DNA from: Myxococcota bacterium
GTDB lineage: Bacteria > Myxococcota_A > UBA9160 > JAFDDA01
Assembly: GCA_965228475.1 (NCBI GenBank)
Contig: OZ245817.1
Location: 3,808,001 to 3,872,000 of the forward strand
Reading direction: 5' to 3'
DNA: 64,000 nucleotides
Shown: one piece after another, positions 30,516 to 39,195 of the stretch
Numbering within the stretch: position 1 is the first letter of the stretch
How the letters are laid out: each line of letters begins with the position of its first letter
Notes under the pieces: generated by a model
The model's input: only the letters and a program-made list of their open reading frames with translations
What the model was told of the DNA's origin: nothing
Databases searched by the model: none
Translations under genes and position numbers: made by a program

Positions 30516-32327
30516 CTACGGCTGCGCGTCCACCCAGCCCTCGACGACGCGCGCGAGGACCTCGAGGGGCAACCCCCCGTTGCCGAGGACGACGTCGTGG
30601 AAGGCGCGCAGGTCGAAGCGGCTCCCGAGCTCTTCGCGGGTCTGATCCCGAAGTCCGAGGATCTGGAGCTGCCCGATCTTGTAGGCGCAGGCCTGGCCGG
30701 GCATGACGATGTAGCGGTCGATCTCGGCCTGGACCTCGACCGGCGGCTGGCCGGTGTTGTCGACCATGTACTCGAAGGCCTGCTTTCGCGTCCAACGCTT
30801 GGCGTGAAGACCGGTGTCCACCACGAGCCGCACGGCGCGGAAGAGTTCGGCCTGGTAGGCCCCGAGGCGATCTTCGGGCGTCGGGTGGAAGCCCTCCTCG
30901 AGTGCGAGCCGCTCCGCGTAGAGGGCCCAGCCTTCGATGAAGGCCGTGAAGGGGATGATGCGCCGGAAGAACGGCAGTTCCTCCTGCTCGAAGGCCAGGG
31001 CGAGCTGCAGGTGATGGCCCGGCACCGCCTCGTGATAGGTCAGCGTGCGCATGCCGAGCTTCTGGACTTCGGCCGGGTCGCGCAGGTTCGCGTAGAACGT
31101 GCCCGGCCGGGAGCCGTCGAAGGACGGCGGGTTGTAGTAGGCGGCCGCCGAGCCGGTCTCCTTGAAGGGCGGCACGCGCTCGATGGAGACCGGCGCCTCG
31201 GGCAGCCGGCCGAAGAACTCGGGCATGCGCGCCTCCGCCTCGCGCGCGATGGCCCGGAAGTCCTCGAGGATCCGTTCGCGCGCGCCCTCGGTGTCCTCGT
31301 ACACGGCCCCCGGCTGCGCGGCGAGCTCCGCCAGGGCCGCGACGGGGTCTTCGACCTCCTGGCCGAGCTCGCGGAAGGCATCGGTCATCGCGCCGCGGAT
31401 GCGCGCGACCTCCGCGAGGCCGAGTTCGTGCACTTCGTCGGGCGAGAGATCCGTCGAGGTGTGCCAGCGCAGCGCCCAGCGGTAGTAGGCGTCGCCATCG
31501 GGGAGCTTCCAGACGCCGTCGTCGTCCGTGGCCCGGGTCCGCTGGTCGTCGAGCACCTCCGCGAGGCGGCGGTAGGCGGGCACGACGACCTCCGCGATGG
31601 CGGCCTTCGATCGGCCGAGCAGCGCTTCGCGCTCCGCCTCGGAGACCCCGTCGGCCTCGGCCAGGTCGTCGGAGAAGTCCACGTAGACCGGGTTCTCCTC
31701 CGCCGAACCCGAGACGAACCCTTCGATCTCCTCGAGCACGGCCTCGAACACGAAGCGCGGCGGCAGGACGCCGAGCGACTCGCGATGCCGCAGGTCCTCG
31801 ATGAGCTGGTCGAAGGCCACGCCGACCTTCTCGAGGCGCGCGACGTGGTTCTCGGCGTCGTCCACGTCTTCGACCGTGTGGATGTTCATCATGAAATCGG
31901 GCAGCGAGCTCTGGACGCCGTCGAACTGGTTCACCGGGTAGCCGTGGAACCGGAAGGGCCGCCCGGCCTGGCGCGTCTCGAGGAACCAGGCCATGACGTC
32001 GGTCGAGAGCAGCTGTTCCGGGGTCTGATCTTCGCGGTCGTAGGCGCGCAGCCCTTCGAGGAATTCGTCGACCTGGTCGGCCATGCGGTCGGTGGCGGCG
32101 GGCGAGAGGTCCTCGAGATCGTCAGAGTAGAAGTCGAGACCGTAGGGGTCGAGGATCCGGCCGTAGGAAAGCAGCATCGGGTGCTCGAGGACGAACTGGG
32201 CCAGCACGCGCAGGTAGTAGTGCTCGATCTTCCAGGGCTTGCCGAAGAGCGTCGGCACGAGAAAGACCGCCGCCGCGAGCAGCAGCATGGCCACGACGGC
32301 GGCGAGGGTCCGGCCGAGGTTCGCCAT
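30516..32327 (-). CDS. DUF885-family protein (putative metallopeptidase)
   Basis: YHEAVPGHHLQ, EGWALYAE, RAVRLVVDTGLH, PGQACAYKIG. Confidence 0.9.
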   Translation of the reverse strand: MANLGRTLAAVVAMLLLAAAVFLVPTLFGKPWKIEHYYLRVLAQFVLEHPMLLSYGRILDPYGLDFYSDDLEDLSPAATDRMADQVDEFLEGLRAYDREDQTPEQLLSTDVMAWFLETRQAGRPFRFHGYPVNQFDGVQSSLPDFMMNIHTVEDVDDAENHVARLEKVGVAFDQLIEDLRHRESLGVLPPRFVFEAVLEEIEGFVSGSAEENPVYVDFSDDLAEADGVSEAEREALLGRSKAAIAEVVVPAYRRLAEVLDDQRTRATDDDGVWKLPDGDAYYRWALRWHTSTDLSPDEVHELGLAEVARIRGAMTDAFRELGQEVEDPVAALAELAAQPGAVYEDTEGARERILEDFRAIAREAEARMPEFFGRLPEAPVSIERVPPFKETGSAAAYYNPPSFDGSRPGTFYANLRDPAEVQKLGMRTLTYHEAVPGHHLQLALAFEQEELPFFRRIIPFTAFIEGWALYAERLALEEGFHPTPEDRLGAYQAELFRAVRLVVDTGLHAKRWTRKQAFEYMVDNTGQPPVEVQAEIDRYIVMPGQACAYKIGQLQILGLRDQTREELGSRFDLRAFHDVVLGNGGLPLEVLARVVEGWVDAQP

Positions 32328-33322
32328 CAGGTTCCGCGCGGACCGAGGCCCGCCTTCTCGTAGACCGCGTCGATCACGCGCATGTTCGCGACGGCGTCGT
32401 CGACGTCGGTCGGGAATGGGGCACCGTCCCGCACGGCCGCCTCGAAGGCGCGGAGCTGGAAGAGGTAGGTCGGCTCACGCGAGAACGTCTCGGGCCGCTT
32501 GCCGTCACGCTCCGTGTCGAGGACGAGCCGGTGATGGACCTGGGGCCCGAGCGGGTTGAAGACCCGCAGCTCGCCCTCGTCGCCGACCACGCGCGCCCGG
32601 ATCTCGAGCAGCCGGGCCGAGAAGAGCGAACATGTGATGCGGCCGGTCGCACCGCTCGCGAAGTCGAAGGTCGCCCGCATGAAGCGGTCGACCCGGGGCC
32701 GCGCGAGCCTGGCTTCGGCCGTCACCACCTCGATCGGCTCCTCTCCCGCGAGGTGGCGGAGCATGTGGATCGTGTAGCAGCCCGTGTCCATGAGGGCGCC
32801 GCCTGCGAGATCGAGGCGGTAGCGGATATCCCCGGGAAGCGGCAGCGGAATGCAGAGCGACGTCTCGACGTGACGGATCGTCCCGAGCAGCCCGAGCCGG
32901 CAGATCTCCACCATGCGGCGCCCGAGCGGGTGGTAGCGCCAGTGGAAGGCTTCCATGACGACGCGGTCGCTCTTGCGCGCGGCCTCGGCCACGCGCTGGG
33001 CCTCGGGCGCGTTCGAAGCGAAGGGCTTCTCGCAAAGGACGTGCTTCCCTGCGGCGATCGCACGCTCGGTCCACTCGGCGTGGAGGCCGTTGGGCAAGGG
33101 GATGTAGACCGCGTCGAGGTTCGGGTCCTCGACGATCGCCTCGTAGCTCTCGAGCGCGCGCGGGATGCCGTGCTTGCGCGCGAAGGCGGCGGCGCGGGTG
33201 GCATCGCGCGCCGCGACCGCGCTCACTTCGACGCCGGGCACGTTGCGGGCCGGGCGCAGGAGCGCCATCGGGGTGATCCGCGCTGCACCGAGGACACCGA
33301 TGCGAAGGGGCTCGCGGCTCAA
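32327..33322 (-). CDS. Gfo/Idh/MocA-family oxidoreductase
   Basis: IGVLGAARI, YIPLPNGLH, HVLCEKP, EAFHWRYHP, GGALMDTGCY; TTG start after GAGGAG. Confidence 0.9.
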   Translation of the reverse strand: MSREPLRIGVLGAARITPMALLRPARNVPGVEVSAVAARDATRAAAFARKHGIPRALESYEAIVEDPNLDAVYIPLPNGLHAEWTERAIAAGKHVLCEKPFASNAPEAQRVAEAARKSDRVVMEAFHWRYHPLGRRMVEICRLGLLGTIRHVETSLCIPLPLPGDIRYRLDLAGGALMDTGCYTIHMLRHLAGEEPIEVVTAEARLARPRVDRFMRATFDFASGATGRITCSLFSARLLEIRARVVGDEGELRVFNPLGPQVHHRLVLDTERDGKRPETFSREPTYLFQLRAFEAAVRDGAPFPTDVDDAVANMRVIDAVYEKAGLGPRGT

Positions 33323-33390
33323 GAGGGATGGCTCCTCATGGACCCGGGAGTCTGACACATTCACGACGGGGATTGGAACGGGCACCGCGG

Positions 33391-33450
33391 CCCCATCGGC
33401 GCACCCGTCGCCCTATCGGCGCACCCGTCGCCCTATCGGCGCACCCGCCG
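33391..33450. repeat. 20-bp tandem repeat x3 spanning the kinase stop codon
   Basis: CCC(C/T)ATCGGCGCACCCG(T/C)CG x3. Confidence 0.9.
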
Positions 33451-34419
33451 GGCACGCCAGGCACGCAGCTCGGTCACGAACTTGTGGACCGTCGCAAAGC
33501 GGTCGTCGGGGTCCTTCGCCACCGCCTTCATGCAGAGCTCTTCGAGGTCTTCGGGGATCGTCCGGTCCGGCGCGCGCTCCGAGGGCGGCACCGGGGTGAC
33601 GTTCCGGGCGTTGTCGCAGATCTCCTGCATGCTGTTCCCCTCGACCATGGTCTCGAGGGTCAGGCTCTCGTAGAGCACCGCACCGAGGCTGTAGAGATCC
33701 GAGCGGCCGTCGATGTCCGGGCAGCGTTCGATCTGCTCGGGCGACATGTAGGGCGCGGTCCCCTGGAGCTGGCCCTGCCCCGTCATGTGGATCGTGCCGC
33801 CCTCGATGCCCGCGCTCGACTCTTCGTCCTCTTCCTTGGCGTTCCACACCTTGGCCAGGCCCCAATCGAGCAGCATCACTTCGCCGAAGGGTCCCATGAG
33901 GATGTTCGCCGGCTTGACGTCGCGGTGGATGACGCGGTGGCTGTGGGCGTAGTCGAGAGCATGTCCGATCTGGATCAGAATGCTCACCATGCGGTCGAGG
34001 CCGTAGCCCTCGATGAAGTAGAACTCGGACTCGCGCGACTGGTCGATCACCTCGCGCAGGGTCATCCCGTGCACGAGCTTCATGGTGAAGTAGTACTGGC
34101 CGTGGTTGTTCCGGTTGAGCTCGTAGATCGGGATCGTGTTCGGGTGCTGCAGCATCGCGGAGACGCGCGCCTCCCGCAGGAAGCGCTTGGTCTCGAGCGG
34201 ATCGTTCACGAATTCCTTGCGCAGACTCTTCATCGCGACCGTGCGGCCGAGGTAGAAGTCCTTGCAGGACTGGATGACGCACTTGCCGCCCTTCGCAACG
34301 GTCTTGAAGCCCGTGTAGCGCAGGGACTTGTTCTGGACGTGGTCCGGAAGGGGTACGTCCGTGTCTTCGAGGTGGACGTCCGGGTAGTCGTCCTGGCTCT
34401 CCGGGAACTCGCGGGGCAT
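33433..34419 (-). CDS. cytoplasmic Hanks-type Ser/Thr protein kinase
   Basis: VAMK, RFLREA, HRDVKPAN, DWG, GTAPYMSPEQ, DLYSLG; no TM segment. Confidence 0.92.
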   Translation of the reverse strand: MPREFPESQDDYPDVHLEDTDVPLPDHVQNKSLRYTGFKTVAKGGKCVIQSCKDFYLGRTVAMKSLRKEFVNDPLETKRFLREARVSAMLQHPNTIPIYELNRNNHGQYYFTMKLVHGMTLREVIDQSRESEFYFIEGYGLDRMVSILIQIGHALDYAHSHRVIHRDVKPANILMGPFGEVMLLDWGLAKVWNAKEEDEESSAGIEGGTIHMTGQGQLQGTAPYMSPEQIERCPDIDGRSDLYSLGAVLYESLTLETMVEGNSMQEICDNARNVTPVPPSERAPDRTIPEDLEELCMKAVAKDPDDRFATVHKFVTELRAWRARRVRR

Positions 34420-34551
34420 GGGCTGAACGTATCGGGCGCACGGCCACGGCGCCTCAGTTCCGGACCCTGCCCGGGCCGATCCGTGCCGTCTCGAGGGCCC
34501 CCTGGCCCGTCCTCGAACCTGGGCCACCCTCGGCCCGTTCGCGCTTTTCAT

Positions 34552-34590
34552 TGCACAATTCTTAGGCAGCCCCTGCCGCGGAATCGGGCA
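34552..34590. promoter_or_regulatory. two NtrC-like binding sites
   Basis: TGC-N11-GCA at 34552-34568 and 34574-34590, upstream of the glnII sigma-54 promoter. Confidence 0.5.
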
Positions 34591-34649
34591 GAGATTCCTC
34601 CCGAACCGCCCGGAACGGCTGTAGAATCGCCCTGCGGCGCATCCCCGCC

Positions 34650-34664
34650 TGGCACGCGACTTGC
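34650..34664 (+). promoter_or_regulatory. sigma-54 (-24/-12) promoter of glutamine synthetase
   Basis: TGGCACGCGACTTGC. Confidence 0.85.
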
Positions 34665-34675
34665 CATAGTGGATC

Positions 34676-34807
34676 GTCATTCAGTGGGGGCTTCGGACGG
34701 GACGCCGTCCGGAACTGTGCAGCTCGGGGCCCATCGGTGCTCGAATCGCCCTCCCAGCTGATCAGCAACGGAATGAAAACGACCATCCTCGAGGAGGACG
34801 ATTCGAA
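34676..34807 (+). ncRNA. candidate cis-regulatory leader RNA of glnII
   Basis: 34741-34754 is complementary (13/14) to SD region 34793-34806; competing helix 34681-34691/34748-34761; internal hairpin 34694-34711. Confidence 0.45.
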
Positions 34808-35833
34808 ATGGGTGACAAAGCGAAGCTCGAATACATCTGGCTGGACGGCTACAAGCCGACCCAGAGTCTTCGCAGCAAGACCAAGGTGGTCGAGGACTTC
34901 TCCGGCAAGCTCAAGGACGTGCCGGAATGGTGCTTCGACGGTTCTTCCACCGAGCAGGCCGAGGGCAACGACTCCGACTGCCTGCTGAAGCCGGTCGCGA
35001 TCTACCCGGACCCGGGCCGGAAGAACGCCTTCCTCGTGATGACCGAGGTCCTGAACGCCGACGGCACGCCGCACGAGTCCAACGGACGCGCGACGATCGA
35101 CGACGACGACGACGACTTCTGGTTCGGCTTCGAGCAGGAGTACACGATCTGGGACGACGAGCATCAGCGCCCCATCGGCTTCCCGCAGCACGGGTACCCC
35201 GGCCCCCAGGGCCCGTACTACTGCTCGGTGGGCGGCCAGAACGCCATCGGCCGCGAGATCGTAGAGGAACACCTCGATCTGTGCCTCGACGCCGGCATCA
35301 ACGTCGAAGGCATCAACGCCGAGGTGATGATGGGCCAGTGGGAGTTCCAGGTCTTCGCCAAGGGCGCCAAGAAGGCCGGCGACGAGACCTGGGTGGCTCG
35401 CTACCTGCTCGAGCGCGTGACCGAGAAGTACGGCTACAGCATCAACTGGGAGCCGAAGCCCATCAAGGGCGACTGGAACGGCTCGGGCATGCACGCCAAC
35501 TTCTCGAACGAGCTGCTCCGCACCTGCGGCAGCCAGGCCGTCTTCGAGCAGATCTGCAAGGCCTTCGAGCCGGTCGTGGCCGAGCACATCGCCGTCTACG
35601 GCGCGGACAACGACCAGCGGCTCACGGGCCAGCACGAGACCCAGTCGATCGACAAGTTCAGCTTCGGGGTTTCGGACCGGGGTGCGTCGATCCGCATCGG
35701 CGCTCTGACCGTCGAGAACGGCTGGAAGGGCTGGCTCGAGGATCGGCGCCCGGCCTCGAACGCCGACCCGTACAAGGTCGCCGGCCGCATCGTGAAGACG
35801 GTGAAGGCGGCGAGCGAGCAGGTGAAGAAGTAG
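34808..35833 (+). CDS. glnII: glutamine synthetase, type II
   Basis: LEYIWLDG, LRSKTK, FDGSST.QA, FGFEQEY, PQGPYYC, INAEV..GQWE, GDWNGSGMH, DRGASIR, EDRRPASNADPY; 341 aa (GSII size). Confidence 0.95.
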   Translation: MGDKAKLEYIWLDGYKPTQSLRSKTKVVEDFSGKLKDVPEWCFDGSSTEQAEGNDSDCLLKPVAIYPDPGRKNAFLVMTEVLNADGTPHESNGRATIDDDDDDFWFGFEQEYTIWDDEHQRPIGFPQHGYPGPQGPYYCSVGGQNAIGREIVEEHLDLCLDAGINVEGINAEVMMGQWEFQVFAKGAKKAGDETWVARYLLERVTEKYGYSINWEPKPIKGDWNGSGMHANFSNELLRTCGSQAVFEQICKAFEPVVAEHIAVYGADNDQRLTGQHETQSIDKFSFGVSDRGASIRIGALTVENGWKGWLEDRRPASNADPYKVAGRIVKTVKAASEQVKK

Positions 35834-35859
35834 TTCACCGGCTTCGGTCGAGAACGACG

Positions 35860-35897
35860 CGGGCGTCCGGCGCGAGCCGGGCGCCCGTTTCCTTTTT
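35860..35897 (+). terminator. rho-independent terminator of glnII
   Basis: CGGGCGTCCGGC-GCGA-GCCGGGCGCCCG stem followed by TTTCCTTTTT. Confidence 0.85.
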
Positions 35898-35908
35898 GGG
35901 GCCGGACG

Positions 35909-36517
35909 CTAGGCCTTCCGCGTCCACCACACCTTGTTGGCTTCGAGTCGGACGGGGTGCGGGTGGTTCGCGAAGACGCGGTCGACGGCGCGCTTCACGC
36001 CAGGGTGGTGGGGAGCGCCGTAGTCGTGGCCGGCGATGACGCCGCCGGCGCGCACCTTGGGCAGCCACGCGGCGAGATCGCGCAGGACCCACTCCTCGGA
36101 GTGATCCGCGTCGATGAAGACGAGGTCGAAGGATTCGTCGGCGAAGTCCTTGGCGGCCTCGTCGGACCAGCCCTGCCGGAAGGTGATGCGCGGTTCGTCG
36201 GCGAAGATGTCGGGGAGCAGCGGCGGCTCGAGGTCGATGGCGACGAGCCGCGCGACCTGGGGGCAGTAGCGCGCGACGTGGCGGGCGGTGCGCCCGGTGC
36301 GGGTTCCGATCTCCGCGATCTCGAGGGCGCCCCCTTCGAGCTCCTCGTGGACGAGATCGACGAGCACGTGCTGGCGGCGACGCTTGTCGCTCCGGTCCTC
36401 GGGGCGGAGCGGCACGCTGCGCTGGATCCGCTCCTGACCCTTGCGGCGCCGGAAGCCCACCAGCAGCGGCTTCCACGCATGGCGCAGGCGGCGGTAGATC
36501 CGTTTGCGGAGTTTCAT
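35909..36517 (-). CDS. class I SAM-dependent methyltransferase (Methyltransf_24-like)
   Basis: AEIGTRTG, FDLVFIDADH, GGVIAGHDY, PGVKRAV. Confidence 0.85.
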   Translation of the reverse strand: MKLRKRIYRRLRHAWKPLLVGFRRRKGQERIQRSVPLRPEDRSDKRRRQHVLVDLVHEELEGGALEIAEIGTRTGRTARHVARYCPQVARLVAIDLEPPLLPDIFADEPRITFRQGWSDEAAKDFADESFDLVFIDADHSEEWVLRDLAAWLPKVRAGGVIAGHDYGAPHHPGVKRAVDRVFANHPHPVRLEANKVWWTRKA

Positions 36518-36539
36518 CGGGCCCTCACCGCGGGCACGA

Positions 36540-36727
36540 TACAAGACGATGCGGCGCCTTCGCTGCGCGGCGGAGCGCCCCGGGGCGCAGAAACGACAAG
36601 GCCCGTGCGCTGTCCGAGACCCGAGCCACCCCTGGAGAGTCTCAGCCCGCGCACGGGCCGCCATCGTTGTCGTTGTCTGCAAACCTTCCCAGGTTTTCGT
36701 TCCCAGGCGGCGTCTCCGCCTGATGAC
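36540..36727 (-). ncRNA. candidate sigma-54-dependent structured RNA or leader
   Basis: Hairpins 36704-36722 and 36681-36696 and long stem 36592-36674 directly downstream of a -24/-12 promoter. Confidence 0.35.
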
Positions 36728-36737
36728 CCGGTACTAG

Positions 36738-36753
36738 AGCAACCCCCGTGCCA
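36738..36753 (-). promoter_or_regulatory. sigma-54 (-24/-12) promoter
   Basis: Minus strand TGGCACGGGGGTTGCT; AT-rich IHF-like site ATTCAAGGGTTTA at 36782-36794. Confidence 0.8.
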
Positions 36754-36947
36754 GCCGGCGCCGTAAGCCGAAATCCTTTGAATTCAAGGGTTTACGCGAC
36801 CGCTCCTGGGGCCGAACCCGGACGTTTTTCGGCACCCGGACCGGCAGGCTGAAGGCAATCGCGCCCTCAACTGATGCCGTTGCGGGCCTTCCGGTCGCTG
36901 GAAGCGCGTTGACCGGTGCAGGTGGAAAGTGCGGTTCCGGCCCGTGC

Positions 36948-38021
36948 TCACACGCCGGCGAGCTGGCGATAAAGGCCTCGCATCCGCCTGGCCGAGTCGG
37001 TCCAGCGAAGGGCCTGGACCCGGTCGAGTCCGCGCTTGCGCAGGTCCTGGGCCGCCGCCTCGTCGTAGACCAGCCGCTCGATGGCGTCGGCGATCGCGGA
37101 GACGGAGGTGGGATCCGGCCGAGCTGCCCCTTCGCCGACGACCTCCGGCAATGAAGCGGCCGAGGAGGCGACGGTGGGGGTCCCGACCGCCATGGCTTCG
37201 AGCACGGTGAGGCCAAAGCCTTCATAGAGGCTCGGCGCCGCGTAGACGCGCGCTCCAGCCATCAGGGCGACGAGCGTCTCGTCGTCGACCGGGGGCAGCC
37301 GCAGCGTGCGCTCCTCCATCCGGTGGCGAACGATCGCCTCCCGCAGGCCGCTCTCGCCATCGCTCGGATGCCCGACCAGCACCAGGCGCAAGCCCGGGAC
37401 ACGCGCAACGGCCGCGACCAGCCGCGGGAGGTTCTTGCGAGGCGTAACGACGGCCACGGCCAGCGCATAGTCACCCAGACGCTGCCTCATGCTGCGTGCG
37501 ACGGACTCGTCCGGTGGACGAAAGCGTTCGAGATCGACGCCGAGCGGCACGGGGTGGACTCGGGACGCCGGCAAACCGTACTGGTCGCAGACCTCTTCGG
37601 CCGTGAAGCGGCTGTACGTCACGACGTGGTCGGCGCGATCCACCGTTTCCCGGATTCGTTCGCTTCGCCGCGCGTGCCAGCCGGGCCTCACCCATTGCGG
37701 GTTGCGGACGGCATTGAGGTCGTGGACGGTGACCAGCTTGAGCAGGCGGCGCGGGGTGCGCGGCAGGTAGATCCCCATCGAGTGCAGCATCCGGTCGCCC
37801 CGGAGGAGTACCCGATTGACGGGGTCCTGGATCCACCGGAGATGCACGTTCTCCGCGTCGGGTCGGAAGAGGCCTCCGCGCTTTCGCCGCGAGAACCGGT
37901 AGCAGAGGTCGTAGCGTGTCTCGGGGTCGGTTCGAACCAGTTCGGTCACGAGGCTTCGGATGGCGCGCGGGATCCCACCGTGACGGTGCCCCGCGGCGCT
38001 ACTGACTTCGAGTGCGATCAT
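36948..38021 (-). CDS. GT4-family glycosyltransferase
   Basis: VTVHDL, PRKNL, PSLYEGFGLTVLEAMA.G.P, SLPEVVG. Confidence 0.9.
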   Translation of the reverse strand: MIALEVSSAAGHRHGGIPRAIRSLVTELVRTDPETRYDLCYRFSRRKRGGLFRPDAENVHLRWIQDPVNRVLLRGDRMLHSMGIYLPRTPRRLLKLVTVHDLNAVRNPQWVRPGWHARRSERIRETVDRADHVVTYSRFTAEEVCDQYGLPASRVHPVPLGVDLERFRPPDESVARSMRQRLGDYALAVAVVTPRKNLPRLVAAVARVPGLRLVLVGHPSDGESGLREAIVRHRMEERTLRLPPVDDETLVALMAGARVYAAPSLYEGFGLTVLEAMAVGTPTVASSAASLPEVVGEGAARPDPTSVSAIADAIERLVYDEAAAQDLRKRGLDRVQALRWTDSARRMRGLYRQLAGV

Positions 38022-38034
38022 GCGCGGCGAGGAT

Positions 38035-38050
38035 TGCAACGCAGGTGCCA
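38035..38050 (-). promoter_or_regulatory. sigma-54 (-24/-12) promoter
   Basis: Minus strand TGGCACCTGCGTTGCA, 13 nt before ATG 38021. Confidence 0.75.
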
Positions 38051-38160
38051 TCCTCCGCGGGCCTCTCGTTCGACTCTGCGCTCGCCGGGACGCGCCGTAC
38101 TGCATGATCCGGCTGGGTCGCGCTGGCTCCGGCGGTGCCGTCGGAAAACCCACGCTCCGA

Positions 38161-38176
38161 CTGCCGACATCGGCGC
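38161..38176. promoter_or_regulatory. candidate sigma-54 enhancer palindrome
   Basis: CTGCCG-ACAT-CGGCGC about 110 bp upstream of promoter 38035-38050. Confidence 0.4.
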
Positions 38177-38193
38177 GGCTCACGGCGCGCAAT

Positions 38194-39195
38194 TCAGCCC
38201 GGCTCCGTGAAGCGCCCTCGCATCGACGCAAGGCCCGCGCGGCGCGCCGCGCGGTCGATCCCTGATGCGCGTTTCTCGTCGTCGATCCAGACATCGGTGT
38301 AGTGGCCGCGCGAACCGCACGCCCGCGCGCTCAGCTTGCGCGCCGCCCCTCCCCACCCGAACCGAAGCCTCCTCATGGGCCACGCGGGAATCGATCCATG
38401 ACCGCCCCCGACCCAATCGATGCGCCCGCCCTCCGCGAGCACTCCGCGAACGCGGGCTCGCGCGTCGAGATTCAGCGATGCCGAGCGCGGCGTCACGAGA
38501 AGGACCCGCCGTCGCGCATCCGGGTAGCGCTGGAAGTACCGCTTCCGGTTCGCGGCTCGGAGCGCGGTGGTCTCCGGAAGGGCCGAGAAGGAACCGTGGC
38601 CCGCGTGCTCGACCGCGGCGTGGGGATGCACGCCGATGCGCCAACCGCGTGCCGTCCACTTCCGCGACAGGTCCAGGTCCTCGAAGTATCCCCGGCCGAA
38701 GCTCCCGTCGAAGCCACCCACCTGGAAGAAGGCGCTGCGCCGCACGAGGAAGGCGTGGGCCCAGAGCCCGTAGCTGCGGACGTAGCCGGACTCGCGCTCA
38801 TAGTCCGAGAGATCTCTCCCACGGCCGTCTCTCGGTGAGACCGCGGCCAGGGAAGGGTCCCGGCGAAGCGCTTCGGCAAGGGGGGAGACGAAGTCGTCGG
38901 AGAGCACGACGTCCGAGTTCAGCACGAGCACGAACTCCGATCGCGTCCGCGTGAGACCCCGGTTCACGGAGCGGGCGAAGCCGGTGTTGCGCGGAACCGA
39001 GTGAACCCGCAGCCGAGGATGCTCGAGGGCCGCGAGACCCTCCCGAGTCGGCGTGCCCGAGGCATCGTCCTCGACGATGACCCGGGCGATGCGGTCCGGG
39101 ACCGAAGCGTACAGAGAGTCGATGCAGCGGCAGGCGTGCGCCACCGCGTTGTAGACGGGGATCACGACATCATGGCGCTCCGTGTCCCGGGTCAC
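38194..39195 (-). CDS. GT2-family glycosyltransferase
   Basis: VVIPVYN, VEDDAS, NTGFARSVNRG, LNSD, GGFD..FGRGYFEDLDL. Confidence 0.9.
   Translation of the reverse strand: MTRDTERHDVVIPVYNAVAHACRCIDSLYASVPDRIARVIVEDDASGTPTREGLAALEHPRLRVHSVPRNTGFARSVNRGLTRTRSEFVLVLNSDVVLSDDFVSPLAEALRRDPSLAAVSPRDGRGRDLSDYERESGYVRSYGLWAHAFLVRRSAFFQVGGFDGSFGRGYFEDLDLSRKWTARGWRIGVHPHAAVEHAGHGSFSALPETTALRAANRKRYFQRYPDARRRVLLVTPRSASLNLDARARVRGVLAEGGRIDWVGGGHGSIPAWPMRRLRFGWGGAARKLSARACGSRGHYTDVWIDDEKRASGIDRAARRAGLASMRGRFTEPG

Noticed and set aside
34676..34807. Known glnA glutamine riboswitch
   Set aside because: Its conserved sequence elements were not recognisable by eye; kept only as a novel candidate pending an Rfam scan
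34737..34988. uORF or leader peptide overlapping the glnII start (ATG 34773)
   Set aside because: No SD, no Gln/Glu-codon run suggesting attenuation, runs out of frame deep into glnII
36540..36727. c-di-GMP/cGAMP (GEMM) riboswitch or tRNA
   Set aside because: No GEMM consensus, cloverleaf or T-loop motif seen
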